Shown here: piece after piece, positions 39,178-51,293 of the stretch
How positions within the stretch are numbered: the stretch's first letter is position 1
Layout: each line of letters opens with the position of its first letter
Source of the DNA: Adineta vaga
Lineage: Eukaryota > Animalia > Rotifera
Assembly (NCBI GenBank): GCA_021613535.1
Contig: CP075492.1
Coordinates: forward strand, 15,996,001 to 16,060,000
DNA length: 64,000 nt
Direction: 5' to 3'
Program-made: the position numbers and the translations under genes
Notes under the pieces: model-generated
The model's input: the letters and a program-made list of their open reading frames with translations, nothing else
Told to the model about the DNA's origin: nothing
Database searches by the model: none

Positions 39178-40536
39178 TTCTTTTTGTGTTGTTAATATAT
39201 GTGAACAGAGAGAAACAACAATGTAAAGTTTTTGAATTCACAGCACAGAAATAGTGTATGCGTGCATGAAGAAAAATCAATCAATTTATTTTTTTTTCTT
39301 TTCCATAGAAATAGAATAAGAAAAATATGGTGCAATAACTCTTATTCACTTGAATACTGTGACCAATAGAAATTATGGATGTCGTACTGGTATGAGAAAA
39401 CTTCTGTTCACGAAGACATCATCACAAGGTGCGTAATGAAAAACAATCCAGTACCCACACCGACACTTGATATTTATTGTCAGCAAAGAACGTATTTGTG
39501 TTATTTATGTATTTAACTTCAAACGGTTTTTGGCGAGCAAGTGTTCATTTTATATCTTATGCAGCTAACTACGTCACATTCAAATGGGCTTAACACTGCT
39601 TTCAAATACCTATACATAATTTTCACAGGCCTCTTTTCCTGAACAATGAAAATCCAATTCAGTGAGATCTTCGGTAAACGAAGAAGACTACACCGCGGTG
39701 GACTCTGGATCATAGAGAAAGAGATCTGTCGGAGGAAACGTTTACTCGGCGATAGAAGCCCATCTCAATGAGATCTTCGGTAAACGAAGAAGGCTGCACT
39801 GTGACAGATTCTACAGCGTCGAGAAACAGATCCATTGAGGCAATAGTTGCGATAGAGCTCTATTCGAGTAGAAGTGATTGCTAACTAATGTTTTCATCAA
39901 AGCTCATGATTTCGGAATCTTGATGCTGTATATGCCAGTTGATTCGTCTTTATAGGTTTGGTTGGTGCGATTAGAATGTAGGTTAGTAAAATCTTTATTC
40001 AGATTAGTACACAATAAGATAAAGTGTTCATAATGTTAATTTTATGGTAATAATCGACGAAGCATTTGTAATTCATAAATAGCGGATTGATAAATACCTA
40101 TAATGAAACGAAAAAAGTAGGACTACTATTTACTCCGATGTTCGACGAGCGAATGAAAAAGAGTGTATTTCATACATCGACTCGTTGACGAAGTAGCGAG
40201 CTATGGATGAATGAGCTTGTTTTTTTCCACGTTCTTCTAGAATAATGTATATACGTGTATTTCGATTTTATGACGATATGAATCATTGGTCTCTTTGAAA
40301 CGTATATACGTAGGTGTGCAGAACTGGATGATGTCTTTTATATATTGATTTCATGATTTTCCTGAATATTATGCATAGTAGAAACGTACCGAAAAATAAA
40401 AACATCGAAAATAACAAAGTCTGTTCATGAAACGAAACATATCGGTTAGTAATTCTGACCATAATCAATTGAAGAATAGTAGTTTCGGCATAGGCACATG
40501 AAAGAATATGTTTGATTATTTTATTTCAAAAATGAA

Positions 40537-41886
40537 TTAAATGTTAACATGAGTTACAGGATTCTTGACAGCATTTCGTTCTGCTTCAAGTCTTAAATAT
40601 GGTCCTCTATATATAAATAAAATCGATGCACTTATAATAAAAAAACAAAGCATAAATATTGAAGATGGTATAAAAATCTGTCCGGATTTGTAAGTTGGTT
40701 CTAATTTAATTAAATCACCAAGAATAAAAATAAATATTCCACCAAGAATATTTCCTAAACACATTAAGAATCCTGTTGACCATTCTGGACGTATTGGATA
40801 TGTACATTCAACTGCACATTCAAATGAAACAGGCAATAATGGAAGTAAAAAGAAACCCATTAAACCAATCGAAACTGCCAATGAATAATATTGATTTGGT
40901 CGAAGAATCAATATAAAAAATACACCAGATCCACATGCACCAATTAATAAAATTTTCAAGATTAAACGATACGCATGTGTTTTATCCATAATAATTCCGA
41001 TAAGAAATGCACTGAATAGACCAGCAAGAATAACCATAGCACCGAATATACCTGCATCTTCACTAGTATATCCACTTGGTTGAATTAATTGAAATAATAA
41101 TGTTGTTATTGAATTAAACAATGCTAAACCAAGTGAAAAACCAATTAAAAGAATCATATATTGACGATTAAGTACTAAATTAACTAAATCTTCTTTTAAA
41201 TTAATTGTTTGATGATGTTCTTCAGATGATGATGGAGGTGTTGGAGGATCAGATTTGAATATAATCAATAATAATAATGTTGCTAGTAATGTTAAACCAC
41301 TTTCAATGATTAAAAGAAGAAAAAAATCTTGCCATGTTGGATTATCATTGATTATTAATGATGGAAGTAATGAGCCAATTGCTAAACCTATTGGATTTGC
41401 CATTGAACCAATAGCTGTTGCAATATCACGTTGTGATGGCGCAAACCAACGTGCTGCAAATAAAGCGGTAGAATTTAAAAAGAATGGTGCTGCTAGAGCT
41501 GGAAAGATTTGTCCGATAATTAATGGTATATATCCATAGATTGGATTGATTAATGCTAATAAACGAATAAAACTTCCAAGATTTAACAACGAACCAATAA
41601 TCATTATCATACGCATTGATAATTTTCTTGATAACCATATTGATATAATTGTACCGATTGGATAAAGAAATAAGAATACAATAGCTAATGTATTCACTTG
41701 AGTTGTTGTTACACTAAAAAATTTAGAAGTTTGTGATTCTATTGGTGCAAAAGTCATTCCACTGATTGCATTGGTAAATGTTGCTAAGATGTAAATTAAT
41801 AATTGAATCCATCGAATTTTATAAACACGATATTGTGGAATTTCTTCTACTTGAGTTGAAGAAGGTGAAACTTCTCTATCGGTCAT
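40537..41886 (-). CDS. MFS transporter, SLC49/FLVCR-MFSD7-like, intronless
   Basis: Y.VY..RW..L, A.WF....R..ATAIG, PPTPPS and E..VE.TYP motifs; 12 TM. An alternative start at 41901 is possible. Confidence 0.88.
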   Translation of the reverse strand: MTDREVSPSSTQVEEIPQYRVYKIRWIQLLIYILATFTNAISGMTFAPIESQTSKFFSVTTTQVNTLAIVFLFLYPIGTIISIWLSRKLSMRMIMIIGSLLNLGSFIRLLALINPIYGYIPLIIGQIFPALAAPFFLNSTALFAARWFAPSQRDIATAIGSMANPIGLAIGSLLPSLIINDNPTWQDFFLLLIIESGLTLLATLLLLIIFKSDPPTPPSSSEEHHQTINLKEDLVNLVLNRQYMILLIGFSLGLALFNSITTLLFQLIQPSGYTSEDAGIFGAMVILAGLFSAFLIGIIMDKTHAYRLILKILLIGACGSGVFFILILRPNQYYSLAVSIGLMGFFLLPLLPVSFECAVECTYPIRPEWSTGFLMCLGNILGGIFIFILGDLIKLEPTYKSGQIFIPSSIFMLCFFIISASILFIYRGPYLRLEAERNAVKNPVTHVNI

Positions 41887-42078
41887 TTTTGTTATTATCA
41901 AACTGTGTTTTTTTGTGTGTTATTTCATTATATGCCTCACCTTGTTTATCACATTTCTTATCTTTAAAATATTATTTTTTTCTTCGGTATAGAACACTAA
42001 AACTATAAACCTGTTTAGTAAATGTAGAAAAACAAATCAGGAATTTTTATTTCAAAAAAAACAAAATTACAATAATAA

Positions 42079-45000
42079 TTACAAAAGATTACAAAATACT
42101 GAACATTCTTTTTCATCAACAAATGAAGATTGATGATGTAAAATAGATTTTTCTGATAGAGAAAAATGATTTGATACTTTAGGTATTTGTATAGATGGAA
42201 TTTGAAGTCTTTCTTTTTCAGTCTGAAAAGCGTTAACTAATTGATTCTGTAATTCTTCAAATGGACAATCTAATTTTCTTGATTCTTCATTCTCATACAC
42301 AAAAATCTCTTTCTCTACAATAACTACTGCATTTCCTTTGAAAATTGACACAAGAACTGCTACTGAAAGCCAATGAGAACTTCTTGTATCTAAATAAATT
42401 TCAAATAATTCAACTGAATTCAAATGAGAAAAGAGAAAACGATCGATATATTTGTACAATTCTTCAACAGTATGTGAATCTAATTGGATTAATATCGATG
42501 AAAAGGATAAAAGTTTCTTCAAAACAAAATCAATTGTTTGTAAATCCAAATGATTTTCATCATTTGAATAATCTAATCATTTCTTAATTACTAAATTACT
42601 TGCTGCCTTCTTACCTATTTTCTCAAGGGTTTCACATGCTGATTGTCTAACATGAATATTATCATCATCAAGCGCATATATTAACTTATTTATAATTTCA
42701 TCTGTTATAACTTTATTACCGATTTTTCCTAATGTTTGACATACTTTCATTCTCACATATTCTTCATCATCTTCAAAAGCGATCAGTAACTGATTCATTA
42801 CTACATTTGTTACTGCTTGTTCACCTATATTTCCTATAGTTTCACAAATACAACCTCTAACATAATGATTCTTATTTTTAATTAAATTTATTAACCTATC
42901 GATGATAAAATCTGTTTGAATTCTTTCACCTATCTTTCCAAGCGTTTGACAAGCAAATCTTCGTAAATCATTATTCTGCTCATCGAATATCATCAATAAT
43001 CTATTAATCATTTCATCTGTTGCATTACTTTCACATAGATTTACAAGTGTTAAACATGCATAGTGTCGAATCTGTTCATTCTTATTCGAAAGTACATTTG
43101 TTAATCTACTAATAACTTGGTTATTTTCGATTTTTCCTAAAGCTAACCAGGCATATTGATTCATATCTTCATGATCAATATGAGCAATTAATTTATGTAT
43201 AATATCATTATTAACTTGTTTTTTACTAATATCATCGAGAAAAATACAAGCATTCATTCGAATATTCTCATCATTATCTTTTGATTGATCGATTAATTTA
43301 GAAATAATTTTATTGGTCATTTTTGTTTCTCCTAATTTTCTATGAGTAATACAAGCATATCTTCTAACAGTCTCATTTTCATCTTCAAGAATAACGATTA
43401 ATTTTGAAATAATTTCATTTGTTTTCAATTTTTCTCCAAGAATTCCTAAAGTTTGACAAACACTCATTCGAACATAATCATTAACATCATGAAGTTTATT
43501 GATTAATTTCAATATTTTGACCAATTTTTTCAAGTGCAAAACAAGCTTGTTGTTTAACATGATCATTTTTATCTTGAAATCTTTCTATTAATCTACAAAT
43601 AACTTGATCAGTTGTGAGTTTTTCTCCGAGATTTCCTAACGCTCGACATGCATTCATTCTAACATATTCTCTCTCATCTTCAAGCGCAATTAATAATTTA
43701 TTAATGATTTCATATCCGAATAATTCTGAACCTATGTTTCCCAATGCATAACATACACTTCCTCGAACAAATTGATTTTCATCATCGATTTGACTCAATA
43801 ATTTATCGATTACTTCCTTTCTCATTACTTTCTCACCTATTTTTCCTAGAAGAACACATGTATTCTGTCGAATAAGTTGATTCTTATGTTCAACTTTACT
43901 AATTAATATTCTAATTAGATTATCTATACCTTTTGTTTTACTAATCTGTTCAAGTTCTCTAAATACACTTTGACAAACATCTTCATTCTCATCTTGAAAC
44001 GTATCGACTAAAGAATCAATTAATTCATTGTTTATAATTTCTCTACCTATATGTCCGAGAGCTTGACATGCATTGATTTTAACACATTCATCTTCATCTT
44101 TCAATAGACTTATTAATTTGTCAATAACATCATTTGTCCATATTTTCTTACCAATATTTTGAATAATTTGACATACATATTGTCTAATATAATTATTTTC
44201 ATTGTTAAATGCAATAATAAGATGATTAATCACTTGATTATTTGATGAATTTATTCCTAAATTTGAAATTGCTTGACATGCTGATTCTCTTACATGAAAA
44301 TCTTTATGATTCAATGTTTTAATAAGTAATTGAATTAATATTTCCATCGGATTTTCAAAGATTAATTTCGAAATAAAATGACAAACATTTATTTTAATAT
44401 TTGAATATTTATTTTCAAGTAATTTGATTAATAAATCATTCAATGAATTAAAATGTGTTAATGAAGATTTAAATTTGAATGAATTGAGAAATTGTTTCGT
44501 TAGAATATGATATTTTGTTGTTAATAGAAATTCTATCCATTTAATAATTGAATTAATTAATTGAATTTGTTCAAAATAATTTAAAATTAATTGAAAATGT
44601 TTGATTCCAAAATTGATTTTCATCAAGAAGATTTGATAGAAAAGAGAAAACTAATGAATAACGTTGATTATATTTATTCATTTGAATAAAATGATTGATT
44701 TTATTCGATGACGAATTCATTAAATATCGTGCAGTAAAATATTCTTGAAAACTATGAGAAAGAAAATAATAATCTTTATCCATTTGTGTTGTTTGATGTG
44801 TTTTTATAAGAATTAAACTTTCAATAAATGAAATATCTTTGAAAGATAAATTCATTTCATTAAAAACTGTTTTAAATCAACTTAATCGAAGAATAATTTG
44901 ATTGCTTTTCATTGAATTAAATGCTAAATTTTCTAAAAATAATAATTCAAGATTGAAATCATTTTGTCGATATAAGAATTGAATAATCATAGAATATAAG

Positions 45001-46255
45001 TTCGTTATAGTTAAATCTTTCATTTCTTCGAAATTGAATTCAATTAAAAGATTAGAAATTATATCAACATGAATTGGAATATGTAGAAAATTCCATAAAG
45101 ATGGATTTCGATTGATAATTTCCAATAGATTTCGATTGTGATGATTTAAACCTTTTAATTCTAATTGAATATCATAGGAAACATGACGAGTTTTCAATGA
45201 ATGAGCTGTTAAAATATGATTCGGTGTTTGAAGTAATTGTTTCAATAAGGAATTTAAATGTGGTGAAATATTTAAAATAATATCATCATAACCATCTATT
45301 ATCCATAATGTTGTTTTAATTGAAAAATATTTTCGAAAAAGTTTTTCATCTTCTTGAGAAAGATTATTTTTCAAAAGTTAGATCAAAAAGAGAATAAGTT
45401 TCATTGGGTGGATAATTTGCTATTGTTAAATGACGTAAAGAGATAAAAGCAACAAATTTATATTGTGACCATAATGAACCAATAGACCATTGATAAGTTA
45501 TATATTGACATAATATGGATTTACCCATTCCAGATGCACCAATTATTAAGATTTGTTTAGTTTTTTCGAAAATAGTTTTTAAATCTTGAAAATTATTGAT
45601 ATTATTGGAATTCTTAGTGAAATTGAAATAATTCTCATTGATTGGATGATATTCATTTGGATGAATAATTGATTGAATATGAGTATTTTCTATTTGGGTA
45701 TATTTATATTTGATAAATTCAATTAAATATGTTGGTTCAGAAATTGATTCAACTTGTACACATTGTTGATCTTGTAATTGTTTGATTAATTCGTTTGTTT
45801 TGATTTGAATAGATTCATCTGAATGATCTTTAAAGTTAATATATAAAAGACCAGCGGTAATTAATCCTAACCAATCGGATGGTTTCCATTCTTTTTCTTG
45901 AGTTACTATACAAGGAAGTATTCATTTTCGTCGTGTTTGAGCATATTTTAATTCAAGTTTACAATTATCCGATTCTTGATATTCTGGTAACATAAAACAA
46001 CAAACAATCGAAGCATTTTCAACACCTTTTGCCATACTAAACAAAACAAAAACAAAAAAAGAAGAAGAAAATTTCATTGAAAAATGAAAAGATTTTGTTG
46101 AAATACCTTTTATAAATATCAATTTTCATTCCTCCTTGAATATCAAACCAAACCGGAATTTTTTCTTTTCGTAATAAATCGTAGATTTTCATAACAATCT
46201 CTTGACTTTTCCAATTATACGATAACATAACATGCTCTTTTCCAGCAGCATTCAT
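42079..46255 (-). pseudogene. TIR-NACHT-HEAT repeat NLR-like receptor, multiply disrupted
   Basis: TIR (HVMLSYNW, VWFD, NCKLEL.YA, WLG); Walker A GASGMGKS; Walker B WIIDGYDD; SFQEYF.A.YL; many VR..AC..LG.IG HEAT repeats. Intron 46106-46037. In-frame TGA at ~45922, 44877, 42577; frameshifts ~45375, ~44600, ~43500. Confidence 0.88.
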
Positions 46256-46387
46256 CCTTTGATTTAAATAAATAAACTTAATAATATGAATATTCTATTC
46301 ATTTTTTTGCTCATCTTCTTGACAAAAATGTAATTGGTTAAAGTAGCATAGACATGATAATACTATAGCAACAGACAAGTTTTTTTT

Positions 46388-47153
46388 GACTTATATTTAA
46401 TTGAGCGATAAAAATATTGGAATGAGCAATAAAAATAGTTGAAATGAGCAATAATCAAATTTAGCAATAAATATATTGAATGAGCAATATATATAATGAA
46501 TGAGGGATAATTAGATGAAATGAGCAATAATTAATTTAAATAAAATAATGTGTGTATAAAAAGGGCAATAATAATCCGTTCATTTAATACAAATGGCTCA
46601 ATCGAAACGTGTAGCAGACTATATGTTTGATTCTGAAAATGACACGGAAATGCAACCTTCAAGTAATAATGAGGATGAGGGTGTAGTGTGGGTGTGAGGG
46701 CGAGGGTGGGTCTGAATATAACAAAGACACCCACATCCACAACTTGCACCTGTCCATCATTCATGAAAAACTATGTTTGCAAGCACACCATTGGTATGTC
46801 CATTAGATTAAAATATTGCAAACCTCCAGCTGAGGCAAAAAATGTAGAAATTGGTACAAAAAGAAAAAGAGGAAGACCATCGAAAGCAAAAAAGCTTTAT
46901 TGATTCAATGATTAGTTATATATATTCCATTTTTCTTTTTTTTCTTGCCAATTGTAAAGAAAAATAATTTAGTTTTTTTCTTTTTTGTTGCTCAAGTATG
47001 AAATTAATATTGTTACGTAGTAAACTATTTATTGTTCATTTAATATTATAAAATTGCTCAGATAATGTTTTCTTATTGCTCGAAAGTTACTGCTAAATCA
47101 TGTTTTAATTATTGCTCATTCCAATATTTTTATTGCTCAAATAAATACAAGCC
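46388..47153 (+). mobile_element. Internally deleted Mutator (MULE) element with TIRs, 9-bp TSD and a SWIM-finger remnant
   Basis: ~45-bp TIR G(A/G)CTT(A/G)TATTTA.TTGAGC.ATAAAAATATTGGAATGAGCAATAA; subterminal TGAGCAATAA repeats; TSD GTTTTTTTT at 46379-46387 and 47154-47162; CTC..F.K..VCKH plus KRGRP. Confidence 0.9.
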
Positions 47154-47449
47154 GTTTTTTTTTGCTTTCTTTTTTAGATCAGACAACGTCTAGCAAAGAT
47201 ATTTGCCGCGGCATCTTTTATTTTTATGTTAAAAAAAAGACACATCCGTTAAAATGCGTGAATAGAATGACATTTTCTTACTATATTCTGTTCTCTTGTA
47301 TATATAGAAATGTACTCTACATCAAAGATAAATAAGAAGAGCATTGAATAAGAATAGAGTTTATTGTCTTTAACAAACATTTATAATCATCTCTGTATGT
47401 GACTGAAACGTCAAATCGACTGCAATATATGCATACTGCAATTTGATTA

Positions 47450-48391
47450 TTACCACGGATTAGCTGTTGCACCCGACGTCAATTGTGAACTATTCAATGG
47501 TCCATAATAATTGACTGATGCAGTATTAGTTGCTATAATATTAATAGCATTTGTTGCACAAACATAGACCGTACTTGAACCACTTGTATAAACATTTGCG
47601 ATCAATGGACATTGAGATGTGGATGATGATCGAATCATTGATATTGTTGAAAAATCTGTTGCACTTATAGTAATCGAGTTTGTTGCACAAAGCCCTTGAA
47701 CTTCCGAACTATCTTGCACATTTACAACCGCGATTTGTGGACATACTGTTGAAGAGTCTATATAAATTTTCGATGATGTCGTAGCTTTAATAGACATTTG
47801 ATCACTTGCACAAAGATTTCGAACTGTTGAAGAACTTTGCACATTAGCGCCTACGATCTGAGGACATCTTGATTGTTTTAAAGATATTTCTGACGAATAC
47901 ATTGTTTTGATATTTAGTCGATCTGTTGAACAAAGATTGGTAATCTCAGCTGAACTAGTTGCAGTTGCATTAACTAATGTTGAACAACCATAAGTAGTGA
48001 ATGCATTAATACTATTTGAATTCATGACATTAATAATAATTGGTGGTAACGTAGTAGTTGTCGCTATACTCGGAGATATAATGATACGTTCAAAATCGAT
48101 AACACTTGAATCAACAGATGCGAACAGATTTGCATGTGTGAATATTTCGCCAAGCAATGTACATTGAAGAGAAGTAGTACGGTCGAAAATAACTAGATTA
48201 CATGTTGTAGATAGACGTGCACATTGTGCTATGCAAAGTATTTTTGATTTCGTTCGAAATTGAGCGAGTGAAGAACCAATCGATCGATAATTCATTTGAT
48301 TATATTCATAGCCTTTTACTTTTTCTAATAAACTAAGATTAGGGATAATAATATGACAAAAAAGCCAGAGCGTAAAAAACATATGTGTCAT
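47450..48391 (-). CDS. Secreted protein: PAN/apple-like domain plus DUF2807 (adhesin head GIN)-like beta-solenoid repeats, intronless
   Basis: Signal peptide; CIAQC....C..V.F.....C.L; TTTTLPP linker; repeats ending TSGSSTVYV.AT..I...AT..ASVNYYGP. Confidence 0.7.
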   Translation of the reverse strand: MTHMFFTLWLFCHIIIPNLSLLEKVKGYEYNQMNYRSIGSSLAQFRTKSKILCIAQCARLSTTCNLVIFDRTTSLQCTLLGEIFTHANLFASVDSSVIDFERIIISPSIATTTTLPPIIINVMNSNSINAFTTYGCSTLVNATATSSAEITNLCSTDRLNIKTMYSSEISLKQSRCPQIVGANVQSSSTVRNLCASDQMSIKATTSSKIYIDSSTVCPQIAVVNVQDSSEVQGLCATNSITISATDFSTISMIRSSSTSQCPLIANVYTSGSSTVYVCATNAINIIATNTASVNYYGPLNSSQLTSGATANPW

Positions 48392-49290
48392 TGAGTCGCA
48401 CTAAAAGAAAATGACAGGCATTCAGTGCAAAACAAAAGAAAATATTGAGAAATTGAGCAAACGATAATAGAAAAGTTAATCATGCAGAAATTTCTTTATT
48501 TTTAATCTTAACATAAAATAAGGTATACTAATTTAAGAGAATGTTTGTGCATCTTCATGTATCTATTTACTGAATAAATATCGAAAAACTATGTGGCTCA
48601 ATCTCTAATCATTAAACGATGATTAGGGTGTTCCTCACCCCCTCATCTAGAACATTCATGATATTCAATCTACTTGACAATCTCAAGGGAAACAAAATTA
48701 GTTTGTCACATTACGTTTATTCCGTTCGAGAAAAGGATATTCGGTAGAGACAATTGAGGAAATAATTATTTGATAACTATTTATTCATTTGCGTCTTTTC
48801 TTCATCAAATTGATATTTCTCAGCGATCGTATAAGTAATAATTCTGATGCAAATTGAACAGAAGTTTATCTGACATTCAATATACATATCAGAATTTATG
48901 TAATAGAAAAAACAGAAAATCATATAAATGAGTGCGAAATGTGCGAGTCTTGCGTAGATCAAATCTCACATCCATCCATCCATCCATCCTTATTATCGTA
49001 TTCGCTGAAACATGATCAATTGACATAGAGAAATAGAGCATTCGTTTCTCTATCAGCTTACAGAACAAGTGTGAAAGGGGCACTGAGCTGGCATTTTTGA
49101 TATGTCCTCAAGTGCTTCTAACACCTGATCTTCTATGATTCATTCAATTTGATAGATTTTATATAGAAAATATTTACAGAATTTTGGTTTCAACTTTATA
49201 AGTAAATATTTTTTCTGAGGAATATGTGCATTATTATAAAAGGTAGAGAAAAATATTGACTAGAATCCATTTGAAATCAATTCAATCGTT

Positions 49291-49578
49291 ATGAATTCAT
49301 ATATGTTCGATCATTTGATCAATTCATTGAAGAAAACGAATAATTCCGACAATCAAATGTATTTAATTACAAGAACTATTGGTAATGCTGGAGGAATATC
49401 AAGAACACAAGTGGCAGATTTGATGAAATATCTTTCGTCTGATCATGATAAACTTGAATTAGCAAAAATGGCTTATGGATATGTAACTGATCATAATTCT
49501 TATGATAATATTATTGGTAAAACATTTTCATCTCCGAATACAAAAGCATATTTAAACGAATATGTTCATCGATATTGA
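49291..49578 (+). CDS. Stand-alone DUF4476-like protein
   Basis: M....F..L...LK...Q...L...L..D.DKLELAK.AY..V.D..SY......F.S...K..L.EY pattern; TATAAA at ~49234. Confidence 0.7.
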   Translation: MNSYMFDHLINSLKKTNNSDNQMYLITRTIGNAGGISRTQVADLMKYLSSDHDKLELAKMAYGYVTDHNSYDNIIGKTFSSPNTKAYLNEYVHRY

Positions 49579-49945
49579 CAATCTTTTTTTTTATAACAAC
49601 TGAAATTTTTTTCTTTAACCTTGAAAAAAATAAACTAAATGAGAAGAAATTTTTTATTCGTTTTTATGGTTATGAGGGTTATATAGAAATCAATACTTTC
49701 TTTTTAAATATTGAATTCACATTATGATGTTATATATTTCTCAAAAGCTTCACATGATATTATTTGTATTTTTTGCAGGTATATTTTGTTATTATTCTAA
49801 TGTTTATGTCCTCGATTTGATGTGTAGTTATTTTTCCTTTACTTGTAAAATAAATATTGCGCACGTTTTTTTCTCCGTACTTTCGTTTGTGCAAAATAAA
49901 TGTCGTTTTACTTTATTTATTGTGGGTAATTAGGAATCTAATGAA

Positions 49946-50722
49946 ATGATCGATTGGATTCACAAACGTTTAACAATACAAAACAGAAAAATTGATTATA
50001 AAGATGCGGATTATCTTAAAGTTATTGGAGCTGGATTACCTCGTACGGGTACATCATCATTGAAAGCTGCCCTTGAAATACTCGGTTTTGGTCCTTGTCA
50101 TCACATGGCTCATGTCTTTGAAGATGCTCAACGAGCTGAACAATTTATATGTGCATTCGATGATCGTCAAGTAGATTTCAGTGAATTAATGAAAGGATAT
50201 GGATCAACTGTTGATGCTCCAACAGTTGTATTTTATAAAGATATTCATCGTACTTATCCAAAAGCAAAAATCATTCTTACTGTTCGTGATAGTGCAGAAA
50301 AATGGTTTGAAAGTGTACAAAATACTATTGGTTCAAGTGGTACTGATCTGAGTTATTTGATCATTGTTTATCCAATTCGTTTTATACGGTTACAATGTCT
50401 TGTTAATAGAAAAGTATTTCAAACTTGGATCAAGGATTATGGAAGTCTTGGACCTCATATTCATGATTTACATAATGAGAAAATAATTAAGGAAAATCGA
50501 AAAGATGATTTACTTGTATTTAATGTTAAAGAAGGTTGGCCTCCATTATGTAAATTTCTTGATGTACCCATTCCAGAAAATATTCCATTTCCAAATGTTA
50601 ATGATACTAAACATCTTCAACGTATTTTTCGTATCATTCAATTTGCAGGAACAATGATTTGGTTCGGTATTTTCCTCGTGATCGGTACTACCATTTATAT
50701 CTTTCTTCGATTCATGAATTAA
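49946..50722 (+). CDS. Sulfotransfer_4-family P-loop sulfotransferase-like protein with C-terminal TM, intronless
   Basis: LKVIGAGLPRTGTSSLKAALE.LG..PCHHM; P.AK.ILTVRD...W..S; EGW.PLC.FL..P.P...FP.VN. Confidence 0.9.
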   Translation: MIDWIHKRLTIQNRKIDYKDADYLKVIGAGLPRTGTSSLKAALEILGFGPCHHMAHVFEDAQRAEQFICAFDDRQVDFSELMKGYGSTVDAPTVVFYKDIHRTYPKAKIILTVRDSAEKWFESVQNTIGSSGTDLSYLIIVYPIRFIRLQCLVNRKVFQTWIKDYGSLGPHIHDLHNEKIIKENRKDDLLVFNVKEGWPPLCKFLDVPIPENIPFPNVNDTKHLQRIFRIIQFAGTMIWFGIFLVIGTTIYIFLRFMN

Positions 50723-51130
50723 ACGATTCGTTTTGTTTTAATAATAAAAAACTGCCTTTTATATCAATATCACCTAACAAAATATCTCTCTAATTTGCTT
50801 TTCTAAATCAATTCAATTTTAACATTGAACTGCATGTTCTTTTCATGAATTAGGGGTGATGGTAGATCTTCATTAAGTTCAATTTTATTTATTCGAAAAT
50901 AAATACAACAACTATGCTTTGTTATGATGAGACCATCAATTGCTTTCGATGGCATATCAGCTGTCGCTAGCAAACTACCCGTATCTATACTTGTGTTATA
51001 TACACCGAAGACGGTCTTATCAACAGTAACAAGCGAGACGATTTTATATTTAAAGATATCCAATAGGTAAACTTGATCAAATTAAATTTATTAATTTATA
51101 TAAACAATTTCATTCCCCTTGAGATCAAAT

Positions 51131-51293
51131 ATCGATGCTTCAGAATTTCTATTTTATAAAGATATTTATCGGACTTCTCGAAAAGTAAAAATTATTCTGA
51201 CTCGTGATAGTGCAGAAGAATGATTTGAAAGTGTACAAAACACGATTGGTATTTGATTATTGTTTATCCAATTCATTTGATACGTTTGAATGT
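51131..51293 (+). pseudogene. Degraded partial duplicate of the sulfotransferase gene (~50211-50398)
   Basis: Shared TTTTATAAAGATATT, CGTGATAGTGCAGAA, TTTGAAAGTGTACAAAA and ATTGTTTATCCAATTC, with deletions and TGG>TGA. Confidence 0.85.

Noticed and set aside
8809-45924. Recurrent in-frame TGA codons suggesting stop reassignment, readthrough or selenocysteine
   Set aside because: The same genes also carry frameshifts, the TGAs replace different residues (Ser TCA, Trp TGG, probably Arg), the F-box lesion is TAA, and the DUF4476 gene ends normally in TGA. Ordinary decay or sequencing error fits better.
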